NCBI GenBank assembly: GCA_963535345.1
Contig: CAUSWL010000002.1
Span: 11,400-75,399, forward strand
DNA length: 64,000 nt
Source: an uncultured Streptococcus sp.
GTDB taxonomy: Bacteria; Bacillota; Bacilli; Lactobacillales; Streptococcaceae
Reading direction: 5' to 3'
Position numbers and translations under genes: made by a program. A model generated the notes under the pieces. It was not told the DNA's origin. It did no database searches and was given only the letters and a program-made list of their open reading frames with translations. Position 1 is the first letter of the stretch; every line of letters begins with the position of its first letter. Positions 11,052 to 23,086 of this stretch are shown here, piece by piece.

Positions 11052-12161
11052 TTAGTCTTCAATAAAATCACGAAGGGGTTTGCTACGACTTGGTTGGCGC
11101 AATTTTCTCAAAGCCTTGGCCTCAATCTGACGGATACGCTCACGAGTCACGTTAAAGACTTTACCAACATCTTCAAGAGTACGCATTTTCCCATCGTCCA
11201 AACCGAAACGAAGGCGCAAGACGTTTTCTTCACGGTCTGTGAGAGTATCCAAGACTTCATCCAACTGCTCACGCAAAACGATACGAGTTGTGTAGTCTAC
11301 TGGATTTTCAATCACTTCGTCTTCGATAAAGTCCCCAAGATGGCTATCGTCCTCTTCTCCAATCGGTGTTTCAAGTGATACTGGTTCTTGAGCGATTTTC
11401 AAGATTTCACGGACCTTGTCAGGTGTCATATCCATACGTTCAGCGATTTGTTCAGGAGTTGGATCTTGTCCCAATTCTTGAAGGAGATTACGCTGTTCAC
11501 GAACAAGCTTGTTAATGGTTTCAACCATGTGGACAGGGATACGAATAGTGCGGGCCTGGTCAGCGATGGCACGAGTGATTGCCTGACGAATCCACCAAGT
11601 TGCATAAGTTGAGAACTTAAATCCTTTAGAGTAGTCAAACTTATCCACTGCCTTCATCAAGCCCATGTTGCCTTCTTGGATCAAGTCAAGAAATTGCATA
11701 CCACGCCCTACGTAGCGCTTAGCAATCGAAACCACCAAACGAAGGTTGGCTTCTGCAAGACGTTGTTTGGCTTCGATATCACCAGCCTCAACTGCTAAGG
11801 CCAATTCTTTTTCCTCTTCGTTGGTCAAGAGAGGAACAACCCCAATTTCCTTCAAATACATACGGACTGGGTCATTAACCTTGGCAGAGGTTGAGCCAAT
11901 CAAGTCCTCATCACTGAGTTCTGGTTCTTCTTCTGCACTAAGCACACGCGCACTTGGATTTCCTTCATTATCTGTGATAGAAATTCCAGCATCCTGAATC
12001 CGTTGCAAAAGGTCTTCAATGCCGTCTGCATCGAGGGTAAAAGGAATAACCAGACTTGAATTGATTTCGTCATCTGTTGCTGTTCCTGTTTTTTTGTGGT
12101 TACGGATAAAGTCTGCTACTTGCACATCAAATGTGGTTACTTCTTTTTGTTTTGTTGCCAT
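11052..12161 (-). CDS. rpoD: RNA polymerase primary sigma factor
   Basis: [28 protein letters not shown] and TRERIRQIE motifs. Confidence 0.99.
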   Translation of the reverse strand: MATKQKEVTTFDVQVADFIRNHKKTGTATDDEINSSLVIPFTLDADGIEDLLQRIQDAGISITDNEGNPSARVLSAEEEPELSDEDLIGSTSAKVNDPVRMYLKEIGVVPLLTNEEEKELALAVEAGDIEAKQRLAEANLRLVVSIAKRYVGRGMQFLDLIQEGNMGLMKAVDKFDYSKGFKFSTYATWWIRQAITRAIADQARTIRIPVHMVETINKLVREQRNLLQELGQDPTPEQIAERMDMTPDKVREILKIAQEPVSLETPIGEEDDSHLGDFIEDEVIENPVDYTTRIVLREQLDEVLDTLTDREENVLRLRFGLDDGKMRTLEDVGKVFNVTRERIRQIEAKALRKLRQPSRSKPLRDFIED

Positions 12162-12163
12162 TA

Positions 12164-13924
12164 TTACTCCATTCTTCTCTTTTGGGAAATCAATCGTTGC
12201 AATTCTTCCAAGGCTGTGTCTGTATCTCCTACATGACTAGCTTCCTGCACTTTCTTTTTAATTCTTAAGTTGTCCTTGCTGAGGAGGGCACGGTTTCGAG
12301 TCGCTTCGACCTCCGCTAGCTCTTGAGGCGACATCTCAGCTGGCAAATCCAGACTAAGCACGTGGTACCAAGCATTTTCAACCTCAGGTGTCTGATGAGA
12401 AAGCTCCTCTGAGCCGATTTCTCCCTGCTCACTTAATAATTCGTAAAGAATTTGAAATTCTGGGGTATCAAAGAAAAAATCTTCTCTTAATCGGTAGTCA
12501 TTTAAAACAACTGGATTCTCAGCCATCCTATAAAGGAGATGAGCCTCTGCTCTCATAACTGCTGTCAGTTGCCGCGTTACAGGTATACTAATCGCTGCTG
12601 GAGGTTGCTCCTCTTTGACTCTTTCCTGCCTCTGAACAATGCGACTTTCATTTACAATCTGCTCCACCTGCTGGTAATCAAAAGAAGGTAGATTATCCGC
12701 CAGAATGTGGATATAAGAATTCTGGGCAGTGATAGACTTTTCTTTGGCGATTAGGGGCGCAATCTTTTCAATGAACTCAATTTGCGCCTGCAAGTTATCA
12801 CTATTATCAGGCTTGAGCTGGTGAATATAGAACTCTATAGGACTGATACGAGTCTTGGTTAAAAGGTAAGCCAGGTCTTCAGCAGAATTCTTTTGCAAAT
12901 ACTCATCTGGGTCCATGGCATCAGGTACTCGAACAACCTCCACTGAGAAGTCTTTTAACTCCTCTAGAGCCTTGGCTGTTGCTGCCTGCCCTGCCTTGTC
13001 GCCATCATAGCTGAGAACAATTTTTTTGGTAAAGCGTTTGAGGTGGTCAACATGCTCCTTGCTTAAGGCTGTTCCCATGGAAGCCACAGAATTTTCTATA
13101 CCAGCACGGTAGGCTGCGATCACATCCATGAAGCCTTCCATCAGATAGAGCTCTGTAATCTTACCTGTTCCCTTTTTTGCCTTGTCCAAATGATACAATT
13201 CGTAACTCTTGTTAAAAATTGCAGTCGAGCGACTATTTTTATATTTGGCAGTCTGACTGTCAGTTTCTTGCCAGATACGACCTGAAAATGCAATGACCTG
13301 TCCCTTGTCATTGGTCAAAGGAAAGATGATTCGTCCAAAAAAAGTATCATAAAATTGATTACCATCTGACAGATAAAACAAGCCCGAATCCAATAAATCC
13401 TTTTCCTCAAACTTGTCAGCCAAACGTTGATAGAGATAAGTTCTCTCTGCTGGAGCTAGTCCAATCTGGAAGTGCTTCAGAACATCATCTGTCAATCCGC
13501 GTTTGTAGAGATAAGCCCTTGCTTCTTCTCCCATCTTTGTCGTCATGAGGATGGCATGGTAAAAACGGGCAGCTTCTTCATGCATATCGTATAGAGCTTG
13601 ATGAGGGGAAGTTTGTTGGGGACGAGACTGTACCGGCGTAGCTAGTTGAATACCGACGCGCTCTCCTAAGAGCTGAACGGCTTCCATGAAGGACACACCT
13701 TGGTATTCTTCGATAAACTTAAAGACATCTCCTGAACGACCACAGCCAAAACAGTGATAAAACTGCTTGTCTTCCACAACGTTGAAAGAAGGGGTCTTTT
13801 CACCATGAAAAGGACAGAGCCCTAAATAGTTCCGTCCAGCCTTTTGTAAAGAAATCACATCACCTATGACTTCCACAATGTTGGCATTGTTTTTGATTTC
13901 TTCAATGACTTGTTTGTCAACCAT
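12164..13924 (-). CDS. dnaG: DNA primase
   Basis: CPFH..CFGC zinc finger, KYKNS, EGFMDV and YDGD TOPRIM motifs. Start placed at the ATG after GGAGG. Confidence 0.98.
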   Translation of the reverse strand: MVDKQVIEEIKNNANIVEVIGDVISLQKAGRNYLGLCPFHGEKTPSFNVVEDKQFYHCFGCGRSGDVFKFIEEYQGVSFMEAVQLLGERVGIQLATPVQSRPQQTSPHQALYDMHEEAARFYHAILMTTKMGEEARAYLYKRGLTDDVLKHFQIGLAPAERTYLYQRLADKFEEKDLLDSGLFYLSDGNQFYDTFFGRIIFPLTNDKGQVIAFSGRIWQETDSQTAKYKNSRSTAIFNKSYELYHLDKAKKGTGKITELYLMEGFMDVIAAYRAGIENSVASMGTALSKEHVDHLKRFTKKIVLSYDGDKAGQAATAKALEELKDFSVEVVRVPDAMDPDEYLQKNSAEDLAYLLTKTRISPIEFYIHQLKPDNSDNLQAQIEFIEKIAPLIAKEKSITAQNSYIHILADNLPSFDYQQVEQIVNESRIVQRQERVKEEQPPAAISIPVTRQLTAVMRAEAHLLYRMAENPVVLNDYRLREDFFFDTPEFQILYELLSEQGEIGSEELSHQTPEVENAWYHVLSLDLPAEMSPQELAEVEATRNRALLSKDNLRIKKKVQEASHVGDTDTALEELQRLISQKRRME

Positions 13925-14119
13925 ACACAATACCTCCATCTTATCATAGTTTCACGTAAACTAGTATAGCTTATTTCTGAAAAAAAGTAAACCATTTCAT
14001 ACGCTTTCCGTAATTCTCTTTTCCTTATTTTTTAGATTTCAAGAGAATATAAAAAACTCAGAAACACTTTAATGCTTCTAAGTTTTTCTTCTTTATTTTT
14101 TAATGAAAATAAAGTTCAT

Positions 14120-14878
14120 CTATTCAAATAATTGATAGTAGTCTGAGATTTTCATCTTAGCTTTTTCTTCTTTATTGAGGTCTTGGATGATGCGACCTTC
14201 CTTCATGACAATCAGACGGTTTCCATACTTCAGTGCATCTTCCATATGGTGGGTAATCATCAAGGCTGTTAGATGATCTTTGCTGACAAAGTCATCTGTT
14301 AATTCCATCAATGCCACACTTGTTTTTGGGTCAAGGGCTGCTGTGTGTTCATCCAACAAGAGCAACTCTGGTCGTTTCAAAGTTGCCATCAAGAGACTCA
14401 AGGCCTGACGTTGTCCACCTGAAAGAAACTCAATAGGAGTGTCCAGATGTTTTTCAAGACCATTTCCAACCTTTTCAATGGTAGTCTGGAACTCTTCCCT
14501 ATGGCTTGAAAGCCTTCTAGGCAGGAGTCCTCTCTTCTCACCACGAAACTTGGCAATCAAGAGATTTTCCGCCACTGTCATACGGGGAGCCGTACCCATC
14601 TTAGGATCCTGAAAGACGCGAGACAAGTACTTAGCCCGCTTTTCAGGTGAAAAATTCGTCACGTCCTCCCCCATGATACGGATACTTCCACTTGTTAAAG
14701 GTAAGGTACCTGCAATCGTGTTAAAAAGCGTTGATTTCCCCGCTCCATTTCCCCCTAAGATGGTAATGAAATCATGTTCGAAAATTTCAAGAGAAACATC
14801 ATTCAGAATGATTTTTTCTTCGTCAAAGCCATTCGTGATGACTTTGGTAGCATTTTTTAATTCTACAATTGCTGTCAT
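14120..14878 (-). CDS. ABC transporter ATP-binding protein (putative Trp uptake system)
   Basis: GGNGAGKS, LSGGQ and LLLLDE motifs; overlaps the permease gene. Confidence 0.92.
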   Translation of the reverse strand: MTAIVELKNATKVITNGFDEEKIILNDVSLEIFEHDFITILGGNGAGKSTLFNTIAGTLPLTSGSIRIMGEDVTNFSPEKRAKYLSRVFQDPKMGTAPRMTVAENLLIAKFRGEKRGLLPRRLSSHREEFQTTIEKVGNGLEKHLDTPIEFLSGGQRQALSLLMATLKRPELLLLDEHTAALDPKTSVALMELTDDFVSKDHLTALMITHHMEDALKYGNRLIVMKEGRIIQDLNKEEKAKMKISDYYQLFE

Positions 14879-15741
14879 TTGCTAAACTTGACTCCTTTCA
14901 GGTATTTGCTTTTGAAGGTTGGAATCATAAGGCAAACTGCCAAAATCAAGGCGCTGTACAAACGAAGATAACTTGTATTAAACCCAAGAGCAATAACTCC
15001 CCAAACGAGGAACTGATAAGCGATAGAGCCAACGACGATGGTCATGAGTCGCTCTGCCAGGGTCAAACTCTTGAACAAAACCTCACCAATAATCAAGCTA
15101 GCAAGCCCTACGACAATCACGCCAATTCCTCGAGAGACATCCGCGTATCCTTCTTGTTGAGCAATTAAGGCCCCTGCAAGCGCGATAATCCCATTTGAGA
15201 GAACCAAACCCATGAGTTCCATACGTCCCGTATTGATACCAAAGCTACGAGCCATATCGGGATTGTCACCTGTAGCGATGTAGGCTTGACCTAGTTTGGT
15301 ATCAAGGAAAAAGAGCATAAGGCCAATAACAAGAGCTACAAAGATTAATCCAGTCAGGAGTTGGTTAAGGTCTGAATCAAAAGGCAAGACATCCTGAATT
15401 TGTTTGGTTCCAAGAAGCCCCAGATTGGCACGTCCCATAATCATGAGCATGATGGAATGACAAGAAGTCATGACCAGAATCCCTGATAAGAGGGTTGGGA
15501 TTTTTCCTTTAGTATACAAAAGACCCGTCGCCATTCCAGCTAGACAGCCCGCACCTACTGCAGCTAAGGTCGCCAAAAACGGATTGACTCCCTGTGTTAT
15601 CAAGGTTACAGCTACTGCTCCCCCAAGAGGAAAAGAACCTTCAGTAGTCATATCAGGGAAATTCAAAATTCGGAAAGTCATAAAGATTCCCAAACCTAAA
15701 ATCGCCCAGACCATTCCCTGAGAAATAATGGATACTATCAT
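14875..15741 (-). CDS. ABC transporter permease (BPD_transp_2 type; putative Trp uptake)
   Basis: Multi-TM protein with PDMTTEGSF and ATGDNP motifs; operon context. Confidence 0.9.
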   Translation of the reverse strand: MIVSIISQGMVWAILGLGIFMTFRILNFPDMTTEGSFPLGGAVAVTLITQGVNPFLATLAAVGAGCLAGMATGLLYTKGKIPTLLSGILVMTSCHSIMLMIMGRANLGLLGTKQIQDVLPFDSDLNQLLTGLIFVALVIGLMLFFLDTKLGQAYIATGDNPDMARSFGINTGRMELMGLVLSNGIIALAGALIAQQEGYADVSRGIGVIVVGLASLIIGEVLFKSLTLAERLMTIVVGSIAYQFLVWGVIALGFNTSYLRLYSALILAVCLMIPTFKSKYLKGVKFSK

Positions 15742-15806
15742 AATCTTTCACTCATTTCTTTCTTTAGTAAAAATGGGAGGAGATGTGTCCAGCTCCTCCT
15801 TTATCT

Positions 15807-16802
15807 TTATTCAATCACTTGTCCCGCTTCTTTTAGAACGGACTCAGGAATGGTAATACCAAGTTCCTGCGCTAGTTTTTTATTAATCACTGACTTACCA
15901 GTTGAAAAGACATTAACTGGCGTATCAGCTGGTTTTTCACCTTTCAAAACTTTGGCAATCATTTTACCAGTAGCCACTCCAAGATCGTGTTGGTCAACTA
16001 CTACAGATGCTAATCCACCTGCTTCTACCATGGCCGTGGCACTTGGGTAGATTGGCTTTTTAGCTGTTTGATTACTTGAAACAACTGTTGAGAATGCGGA
16101 TGCAATGGTATTGTCAATTGGAACCCAAATTGCATCGACCTTGCTTGTCATAACATTGACTGTTGAAGCAATTTCATTTGTTGAAGGAACGGCAAATGTT
16201 TCGACTGTCAAACCTGCTTTTTCAGCATAAGCCTTGAATTCTTCTACCTGTGTTTTTGAGTTATCTTCGCTACTTGAGTAAAGAGCTCCGATTGTTTTGA
16301 CATTTGGTGTGAGAGTTTTTATCAACTCTACTTGTTGTTCAGCAGGGTTGTGGTCTGATACCCCTGTGATGTTGCCTCCTGGTTTTTTCAAGTCTTTGAC
16401 CAAGTTAGCACCGATTGGGTCTGTAATAGCAGCCATGATAACTGGTAGGTCTTTTGTAGCACTAGCGAGTCCTTGAGCCGCTGGTGTCGCGATCCCAACA
16501 ACAACATCGTTTCCATTAGCAACCAATTGTTTACTCATGGTTGCAACCTTGCTCTGATCACCTTCAGAGTTCATAAAGTCGATTTTTACCTGGTCGTCCT
16601 TATAGCCTTCTTCAGCTAGTCCATCTTGAATCCCTTGGTAAATCAAGTCCAAGGATGGGTGACTAACAAATTGAAGGACACCAACCTTAGCAACCTTTTG
16701 CTCTTCTTTAGCTGATGGCTTATTCATAGATGAATAAATCAAGCTAGCCACCACCAATACTGCTAATCCAGCGACAATTCCAATCAAACGTTTATTTTTC
16801 AT
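15807..16802 (-). CDS. trpX: ABC transporter substrate-binding protein, TrpX-like
   Basis: QFVSHPSLD, GIATPAAQ and GGNITGVSD motifs; preceded by a T-box with a UGG specifier. Confidence 0.8.
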   Translation of the reverse strand: MKNKRLIGIVAGLAVLVVASLIYSSMNKPSAKEEQKVAKVGVLQFVSHPSLDLIYQGIQDGLAEEGYKDDQVKIDFMNSEGDQSKVATMSKQLVANGNDVVVGIATPAAQGLASATKDLPVIMAAITDPIGANLVKDLKKPGGNITGVSDHNPAEQQVELIKTLTPNVKTIGALYSSSEDNSKTQVEEFKAYAEKAGLTVETFAVPSTNEIASTVNVMTSKVDAIWVPIDNTIASAFSTVVSSNQTAKKPIYPSATAMVEAGGLASVVVDQHDLGVATGKMIAKVLKGEKPADTPVNVFSTGKSVINKKLAQELGITIPESVLKEAGQVIE

Positions 16803-16841
16803 TTTTCTTTCTCCTTTTAAATCACTTGTATAATGCTCTTT

Positions 16842-16877
16842 TCAACAAAACAAGCGACGCCATCGTTTAAATTCCAT
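16842..16877 (-). CDS. Putative leader peptide MEFKRWRRLFC (one Trp codon)
   Basis: AGGAGG at 16889-16884, three tandem ATGs, TGA at 16844-16842. Lies between the T-box terminator and trpX. Confidence 0.45.
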   Translation of the reverse strand: MEFKRWRRLFC

Positions 16878-16892
16878 CATCATCCTCCTAAT

Positions 16893-17132
16893 AGAAAAAG
16901 TCCTCACACAAAAAACTTGTGTGAGGACGTCGATGCGCGGTGCCACCTCAATTATAGGGAATATCCCTATCGCTCTTTCTCGCAATAACGAGTTGCACTG
17001 TAAGGTGTGCTCACCGAATTTTTATGATTTCAAATTCTTAAGTACATTCAGCCCAATTTCATCAATTTCATCTATCTGCTTTCACCAACCACAGACTCTC
17101 TATAAAATGAGCATGATTACTTTCTGAATGTT
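16893..17132 (-). promoter_or_regulatory. T-box riboswitch (Trp specifier) with terminator
   Basis: Stem I CATTCAG...AGAGA...GGTGAAAG...GAAAT-TGG-G-CTGAATG; T-box AATTGAGGTGGCACCGCG (16953-16936); terminator GTCCTCACAC/GTGTGAGGAC-TTTTT. Promoter TTGACA (17163-17158) and TATAAT (17141-17136). Confidence 0.92.
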
Positions 17133-17231
17133 TAAATTATATCATTTTTCAACTACTTGTCAAGCTTATTTTTAGAATTTTTTAAACAATTCAAAAACTT
17201 CCCCTTGAAAAAGGAGGAAGTTTGTAGAATA

Positions 17232-19928
17232 TCAGCCTGAATTACGCAAACCAGTTGCAATTCCGTTGATAGTTGTATGGATCAGTTTTTCTTCGTCTGC
17301 TGACAATTCGCCGCGACGTTGACGTTTGATCAACTCCAACTGGATGTAGTTCAGGATATTAAAGTAAGGCATACGATAGTTTAGACTGTCTTTTAGATAA
17401 GAGTTTTCTGCCAAGAGTTCGTCATAACCTTCGATAGCTAAAATAACGTCCTTAGTCAACTGCCATTCATCTAAAATAGTGTAGTAGATAGCTTGTACTT
17501 CTTCGTCTTCACAGAGCTTGGCATATTCAAAAGCAATGTTCATGTTAGACTTAGACAAGACCATGTCTACATTGGAAAGCAAAGATTGGAAGAAAGGCCA
17601 GTTTTGGTACATGTCTCGAAGGAACTCGATATTCTTTGGATCTTGATCAATAAACTCTTTAAAGCTTGATCCCACACCATACCACCCAGGGAACATGACA
17701 CGGCTTTGTGACCATGAGAAGACCCAAGGAATAGCACGCAAACCGCCAATTTCAGTGATGGTCTTACGAGCAGCTGGACGCGAACCGATATTGAAGCTTG
17801 AAATAGCTTTGATTGGACTTGATTCAAAGAAATAGTCATAGAAATGTTCATTTCCAAAGACCAAATCACGATAGATATCGTAGCTACGGTCCACTACTTG
17901 ATCCATAATAGCTTCGTAACGATTTGACGTATTGGTATCACTCTTCTTCTTGGTAATCATACGGTTAATGGCTGCAGAAACCAACATTTCAAGGTTATAG
18001 TAGGCTGCATCTTTGTTACCGTATTTGTTTCCAATCACTTCTCCCTGCTCAGTCAGACGGATACGGTCCTTGATAGACTTGAGTGGTTGAGACGTAATAG
18101 CTTCATAAGTTGGTCCACCACCACGACCCACAGTACCACCGCGACCGTGGAAGAAAGTGACCTTAACGCCAAATTCATCCCCAATAGCAGTCAGTTGTTG
18201 TTGCGCTTTATAGAGAGTCCAACACGAGGACAGGTAACCACCGTCCTTGTTACTATCAGAGTAGCCGAGCATGATTTCCTGATAGTTATCTTTTGAAGCA
18301 ATCCATTTTTTAGCCAAAGGAAGAGAAAAATATCTTCTCATGGTTTCTTCCGAATGGTCTAAGTCCTCGATCGTTTCAAAGAGGGGAACAATCTGAACGC
18401 GGGCTTTTTGAGCATCAACCAAGCCGACTTCCTTGAGCATGATGGCTAGCTCTAGCATATCAGATACACTGGTTGCGTGAGAAATGATGGTTTGACGAAT
18501 GACATTTTCACCTAGTTTATCCTTCAATTTGCGCGCAGCTTTAAAGATAGAGAGTTCTTTTTCAAGCAGTTCTGACTTTTCAGCATGAGTCGCTGAGAGG
18601 ATACGAGGATCTTCTTCCAACTCTTTTAAGAGGAGTGCGCATTTTTCATCTTCAGATAGATCGCTATAGTGATCATTGATACCAGCAGATGCTAGCAATT
18701 CAGCTACACAGGCTTCGTGAACACTAGAGTCTTGGCGCATATCGATAGAAGCAAGGTAGAAACCAAAGATTTCGACAGCTTGCATCAACTCTACAAATTC
18801 TCCTGAAATCAGGTATTCTCCTTTGTTCTCAAGGAGAGAATCGCGAATGGCCAACAAATCTTGATAGAATTCATCTGCAGTGGCATATCTAGGCTGAAGG
18901 TCCTTGTCTTCAATCAAATAAGCCTTGGTTGCCTGCATCTTAGCTTGGATGTCAAAGAGGGCACGACGATAGAGTTCTTTTTCACGATAAATCGAGTTAT
19001 CTTGTGACTTCAGCGCCATCTCACGGACCTTGTCACTGACATTCACGATGCTGGTTGAAAGTGAAAATTCACGATAAAGATTATAAATCTTTTCATCATA
19101 GTAGTTCATGATGACTTCGCACTGAGTCAAGGCTGATTTGTTAAGAGTTTCCGCAGTTACGAAAGGATTTCCATCACGGTCTCCTCCGATCCACATCCCC
19201 ATGGTAATCGGTTTTGGATGCTGAAGCTCGATACCTTGTTCTTTAGCCAATTTTTTATACTCAGCCGTCAAACGCGGAACAGCATTCAGGAAAGAACTTT
19301 GGTAATACTCCATCACGTTGGTGATTTCGTTGGTTACTTTCAATTTTTTCTCACGAATCATGTCCGTTTGCATGATAATTTCAATGTAACGACGTAGATC
19401 TGTGTGCCATTTTTCTTTATTAATCAAGCCAAGTTTGACATCACGGTACTTGCGCAAAAGCGTATGGATATGGTTGGTCAAGTCCAGCATACTCTTGCGT
19501 TGTACTTGCGTTGGATGAGCGGTCAAGACGGGAACGACATTTAACTTTTCTAAAATTTCAGCTGCATTTTCTTTTTCAGCTACCATTTTAATCGTTGTAG
19601 ATAGTTTCCCTAGATAGTCTTGGTCCACATTGTTTTGGTGATTGATTTCATAGGCCAAATCCACATCCTCAGAGATATTAATCAAAAGTGGAAGGATTGA
19701 GAAATAGCGTGAAATGTAAATCATTTCTTCATTCGAAAGACTGGTCACTAGGTCATTGAGCCCTTGATAATTCTCGCTAGTTGATAATTCCTTCAACTGG
19801 ATAATCTTTTCAAAGGTTTCTGGCGCTAGCATATTTTTTGTGATATCTTCTAATAGCTCAGTCAGAATCAAGACTTCTTCTTGGACGACTGCTTTATTAC
19901 TATAGTTTTCTAATTTTTGAAGAGACAT
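17232..19928 (-). CDS. ppc: Phosphoenolpyruvate carboxylase
   Basis: [39 protein letters not shown] and C-terminal LRNSG motifs. Confidence 0.98.
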   Translation of the reverse strand: MSLQKLENYSNKAVVQEEVLILTELLEDITKNMLAPETFEKIIQLKELSTSENYQGLNDLVTSLSNEEMIYISRYFSILPLLINISEDVDLAYEINHQNNVDQDYLGKLSTTIKMVAEKENAAEILEKLNVVPVLTAHPTQVQRKSMLDLTNHIHTLLRKYRDVKLGLINKEKWHTDLRRYIEIIMQTDMIREKKLKVTNEITNVMEYYQSSFLNAVPRLTAEYKKLAKEQGIELQHPKPITMGMWIGGDRDGNPFVTAETLNKSALTQCEVIMNYYDEKIYNLYREFSLSTSIVNVSDKVREMALKSQDNSIYREKELYRRALFDIQAKMQATKAYLIEDKDLQPRYATADEFYQDLLAIRDSLLENKGEYLISGEFVELMQAVEIFGFYLASIDMRQDSSVHEACVAELLASAGINDHYSDLSEDEKCALLLKELEEDPRILSATHAEKSELLEKELSIFKAARKLKDKLGENVIRQTIISHATSVSDMLELAIMLKEVGLVDAQKARVQIVPLFETIEDLDHSEETMRRYFSLPLAKKWIASKDNYQEIMLGYSDSNKDGGYLSSCWTLYKAQQQLTAIGDEFGVKVTFFHGRGGTVGRGGGPTYEAITSQPLKSIKDRIRLTEQGEVIGNKYGNKDAAYYNLEMLVSAAINRMITKKKSDTNTSNRYEAIMDQVVDRSYDIYRDLVFGNEHFYDYFFESSPIKAISSFNIGSRPAARKTITEIGGLRAIPWVFSWSQSRVMFPGWYGVGSSFKEFIDQDPKNIEFLRDMYQNWPFFQSLLSNVDMVLSKSNMNIAFEYAKLCEDEEVQAIYYTILDEWQLTKDVILAIEGYDELLAENSYLKDSLNYRMPYFNILNYIQLELIKRQRRGELSADEEKLIHTTINGIATGLRNSG

Positions 19929-19951
19929 ATACTTTCCTTTCCATTCAATCC

Positions 19952-21175
19952 TTACAGATTTTCATCGATTTGATTCTCGTATTCTCTGATAAGTTTGGCA
20001 CGTTTTTCGCTGGCATCAATGTTTAGTACAAGCGCGATGGCTACGGATAATACCAATAGACTGTTCCCACCTTGTGAAAGGAAGGGGAAGGTTACCCCTG
20101 TAGAAGGAATCAACCCTGAAATCCCACCGATATTGACAAAGACCTGAACAAGGATCATTCCTCCGACACCAATAGCAACCATAGAGTTAAAAGGGTCCTT
20201 TGCTCGAATACCAACCAAGATGATTCGTAAAATCAAGAAGAAGAGTAAAGCCAAAATCATACCGGCTCCTACGAATCCAAACTCCTCAATAACAATCGAA
20301 AAGACGAAATCCGTATGGGCTTCTGGCAGATAACCACGCTTCTCGATAGAATTCCCTAATCCCAGCCCGAACCAGCCACCATTTACCATTGCATAATAGG
20401 AATTTGCGAGCTGGTGTCCTGCACCCGCCAAGTCATTAAAAGGATTAAAGAAGGCACTAAAACGTTTAGCAACGTAACCAAATACAGGAATTTTAGAGAA
20501 CTTTTCAACCCCAACAAAGCGAATGACAGACAAGACTAACATTGAGCTCCCTGCCAAGAGAGCCAGAATGGTTGAGAACCAACGATAGGCGATTCCACTT
20601 ACGGTATACATGATGAGCGCCACCAAGACCAAGATGGTCGCATTTCCCAAGTCTGGGAAAATTCCCAGGCTACCAATCAGAACTAGCAGAACAAAACGCC
20701 AGTCGTTAAAAGCTCGAGGTAGCCACTGATTCTGTGTCAAAACCTGGAAGTCATAAACCGCAATCTCATCTTGCTGTTTTGAAAATCGATGCGCCAGGTA
20801 CCAGATGATGATAATCTTAAGGTATTCCGCAGGCTGAATCGTTACAGGTCCTACAGAGATCCATCCGTATGCTCCATTAACAGGTGTTCCGACCAGTCGC
20901 GCCAGAGCTAAAAGAACCATCTCCACAATCATTACGATAAAAATAAGACGTCCGTTTCTTAGGAAACCTAATTTTAATTTATAGATTAAGGCAATCAGAA
21001 TCAAACTAGCTATCCAGAAGATCCCCTGGTTACGCACCAATTGAAAGGCACTTTTTCCTTCTTCGATCAAGGTTGCACTCGTTGTCGAGTACACCACAAT
21101 CAGTCCCAAAATCGATAAAAGGAAGTAAGGAATCAAAATGGAATAGTTTAGTAGGTGCCTTTTGCTAATTTTCAT
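19952..21175 (-). CDS. ftsW: SEDS-family cell division protein FtsW
   Basis: [16 protein letters not shown] and PFLSQGG motifs; multi-TM. Confidence 0.92.
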   Translation of the reverse strand: MKISKRHLLNYSILIPYFLLSILGLIVVYSTTSATLIEEGKSAFQLVRNQGIFWIASLILIALIYKLKLGFLRNGRLIFIVMIVEMVLLALARLVGTPVNGAYGWISVGPVTIQPAEYLKIIIIWYLAHRFSKQQDEIAVYDFQVLTQNQWLPRAFNDWRFVLLVLIGSLGIFPDLGNATILVLVALIMYTVSGIAYRWFSTILALLAGSSMLVLSVIRFVGVEKFSKIPVFGYVAKRFSAFFNPFNDLAGAGHQLANSYYAMVNGGWFGLGLGNSIEKRGYLPEAHTDFVFSIVIEEFGFVGAGMILALLFFLILRIILVGIRAKDPFNSMVAIGVGGMILVQVFVNIGGISGLIPSTGVTFPFLSQGGNSLLVLSVAIALVLNIDASEKRAKLIREYENQIDENL

Positions 21176-21324
21176 ATTTCACCACTCTAATAGGAACAGA
21201 CGCTTCTGTTCCCAATTCCGTTTTATTTTCTAGTTTTGATTGCTATTATACCACTTTTTCAGAAAGAAAAAAACTCTTATCCTTTAATCCTTCGAATTTT
21301 ACTCATTTTCTCGTATCAGGTATA

Positions 21325-21357
21325 AAAAAACAAATCTCTTTTGAGATTTGTTTTTTG
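21325..21357 (-). terminator. Intrinsic terminator after prsA
   Basis: AAAAAACAAATCTC-tttt-GAGATTTGTTTTTT. Confidence 0.75.
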
Positions 21358-21362
21358 CTTAC

Positions 21363-22304
21363 TTAGTTAGATGAAGAACTGCTGCTTGAGCTTGAGTCAC
21401 CACCACCGATGTATTGGGTGAAGATGTTTTGGAATGATTGGTCTTTAACCTTGATGTTTGCTGCTTGCAATTCTTTACCAATTACTCCTTGAACAAAGGC
21501 TGAATCATTTTGTTTTTGAGTCAAGATGATGGTCTTCAATTTTTCTTTATAATCCTCGATATTAGAAGATTTTTCTGTTTTCTTCGTTACTTTGATGATG
21601 TAGAACTGACTACTGTAGGCTTGTGTTCCAGTAGCTGTAATCACATCAGAAACCCCGTTCACATCCAAGGCAAAGGCTGCTTTCTTGACTTGTTCTGGAA
21701 GTTCTGTTGAAGCAGAGTCAAAAGTGATTTCTCCACCATTTTCTTTTGTTTTATCGTCGTTAGAGTTGTCTTTTGCCAACTGAGCAAAATCCGCACCTTC
21801 TGCTTTAGCTTTCTCAAGTACTTCTTTTGCCTTGTCTTCATTATCCAAACGGATGATTTGAGCTGTTACATCTGGTGTGTAAGACTCAAAAGCTTTTTGG
21901 TAGGCTTCGTCTGTCAACTCACTCTCAGCAGCCTTTTTAACCGCTAATTCAACCAATTTGCTGGTACGGATTTGAGCTTTACGAGTCTCAGGTGTCATAC
22001 CTGCACGTTGAAGCACGCTGTTGTAGCTATCGCCGTATTTCTTTTGTTCCTCAGCAACGGCGTCATCCACATCTTTATCTGTTACCTCTGACCCATATTG
22101 TTGTTCAAATACTTTTTGGATGGTCATATTGAGCAAGACTTGTTGTGCAGTTGGATTGTTCTTTACTTCTTCAAAGAATTGATGCTCTGTAATCACATCG
22201 CCCTTCATGCTGATCAAATCTTTTCCTTCAGAACTGTTTGAACAAGCTGCAAGTGTTGCTACTGATAAAAGTGTGATGGCTCCTGCCATAAGTTTTTTCT
22301 TCAT
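21363..22304 (-). CDS. prsA: Foldase lipoprotein PrsA (PpmA)
   Basis: LAAC lipobox, parvulin-like FAQLAKDNS..GG, Ser-rich tail. Confidence 0.95.
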   Translation of the reverse strand: MKKKLMAGAITLLSVATLAACSNSSEGKDLISMKGDVITEHQFFEEVKNNPTAQQVLLNMTIQKVFEQQYGSEVTDKDVDDAVAEEQKKYGDSYNSVLQRAGMTPETRKAQIRTSKLVELAVKKAAESELTDEAYQKAFESYTPDVTAQIIRLDNEDKAKEVLEKAKAEGADFAQLAKDNSNDDKTKENGGEITFDSASTELPEQVKKAAFALDVNGVSDVITATGTQAYSSQFYIIKVTKKTEKSSNIEDYKEKLKTIILTQKQNDSAFVQGVIGKELQAANIKVKDQSFQNIFTQYIGGGDSSSSSSSSSN

Positions 22305-22338
22305 TTTTACTCCTTTTACGATAAGTGTTACCTTATCT

Positions 22339-22370
22339 ATTTTACTATAATTTCTTAAATTTACCTGAAA
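22339..22370 (-). promoter_or_regulatory. CiaR box and -10 of prsA
   Basis: TTTCAG-GTAAA-TTTAAG followed 9 nt later by TAAAAT; fits the NTTAAG-N5-TTTAAG CiaR consensus with one mismatch. Confidence 0.65.
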
Positions 22371-22371
22371 A

Positions 22372-23085
22372 TCATTCGCTCTCAGGAAGCTCTACTTCTG
22401 CTAGATTTTTTCTTAGCATGAGAATGCCGTCTCCAAGTGGAACTAGAGTCGCTGTTAGACCTGGATTGTTCAAAGTTGCGTCGAAAAGTCTTTGCAAACC
22501 ACGGTAAATGGTTCGTTGACCACGGCGGACTTCCATGATGTCCTTGGCAACATCTCCTCCTTGGAAAATATCATCCAAGACGACTACTCCACCAACCTCC
22601 AAGTGATTGAGGATTTCAGGCAGAAAGACGATATACTTTGACTTGGCCGAATCCATAAAGACAAAATCATATGTTTCTGTCAAAGTAGATAAAACATCAA
22701 CAGCATCACCTTCAAGTAAGGTGATTTGCTTACGACTGTCAAACTGGGCAAAGTTTTCCTTGGCAAAGCCTATCATTTCTGGATTACGGTCAATAGTTGT
22801 AATCTTGGCATCTAGCGCATGTTCCGCCATCAAGAGTGCTGAAAAACCGATAGCCGTCCCAATTTCCAAAATGTTCTTGGGCTGTATAGTCTCCATGAGA
22901 AATCGAAAATACGCGACCGTTTCATGGGGAATAATGGGAATGTTTTCCTTGCGAGCGAAGGTCTCCAATTCTTTCAAGGAACCTGTCACCTGCTTTTGAC
23001 GCTGGCGCATGAGTTCAACGATTTCTTCCTTGACGACAGGCCGACGCATATTGTGATTGGCATTTTTACTATAAGACTCTACCAT
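22372..23085 (-). CDS. O-methyltransferase (YrrM/TrmR-like)
   Basis: LEIGTAIGFS SAM-binding motif and FVFMD; start coupled to the pepF stop. Confidence 0.88.
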   Translation of the reverse strand: MVESYSKNANHNMRRPVVKEEIVELMRQRQKQVTGSLKELETFARKENIPIIPHETVAYFRFLMETIQPKNILEIGTAIGFSALLMAEHALDAKITTIDRNPEMIGFAKENFAQFDSRKQITLLEGDAVDVLSTLTETYDFVFMDSAKSKYIVFLPEILNHLEVGGVVVLDDIFQGGDVAKDIMEVRRGQRTIYRGLQRLFDATLNNPGLTATLVPLGDGILMLRKNLAEVELPESE

Positions 23086-23086
23086 C

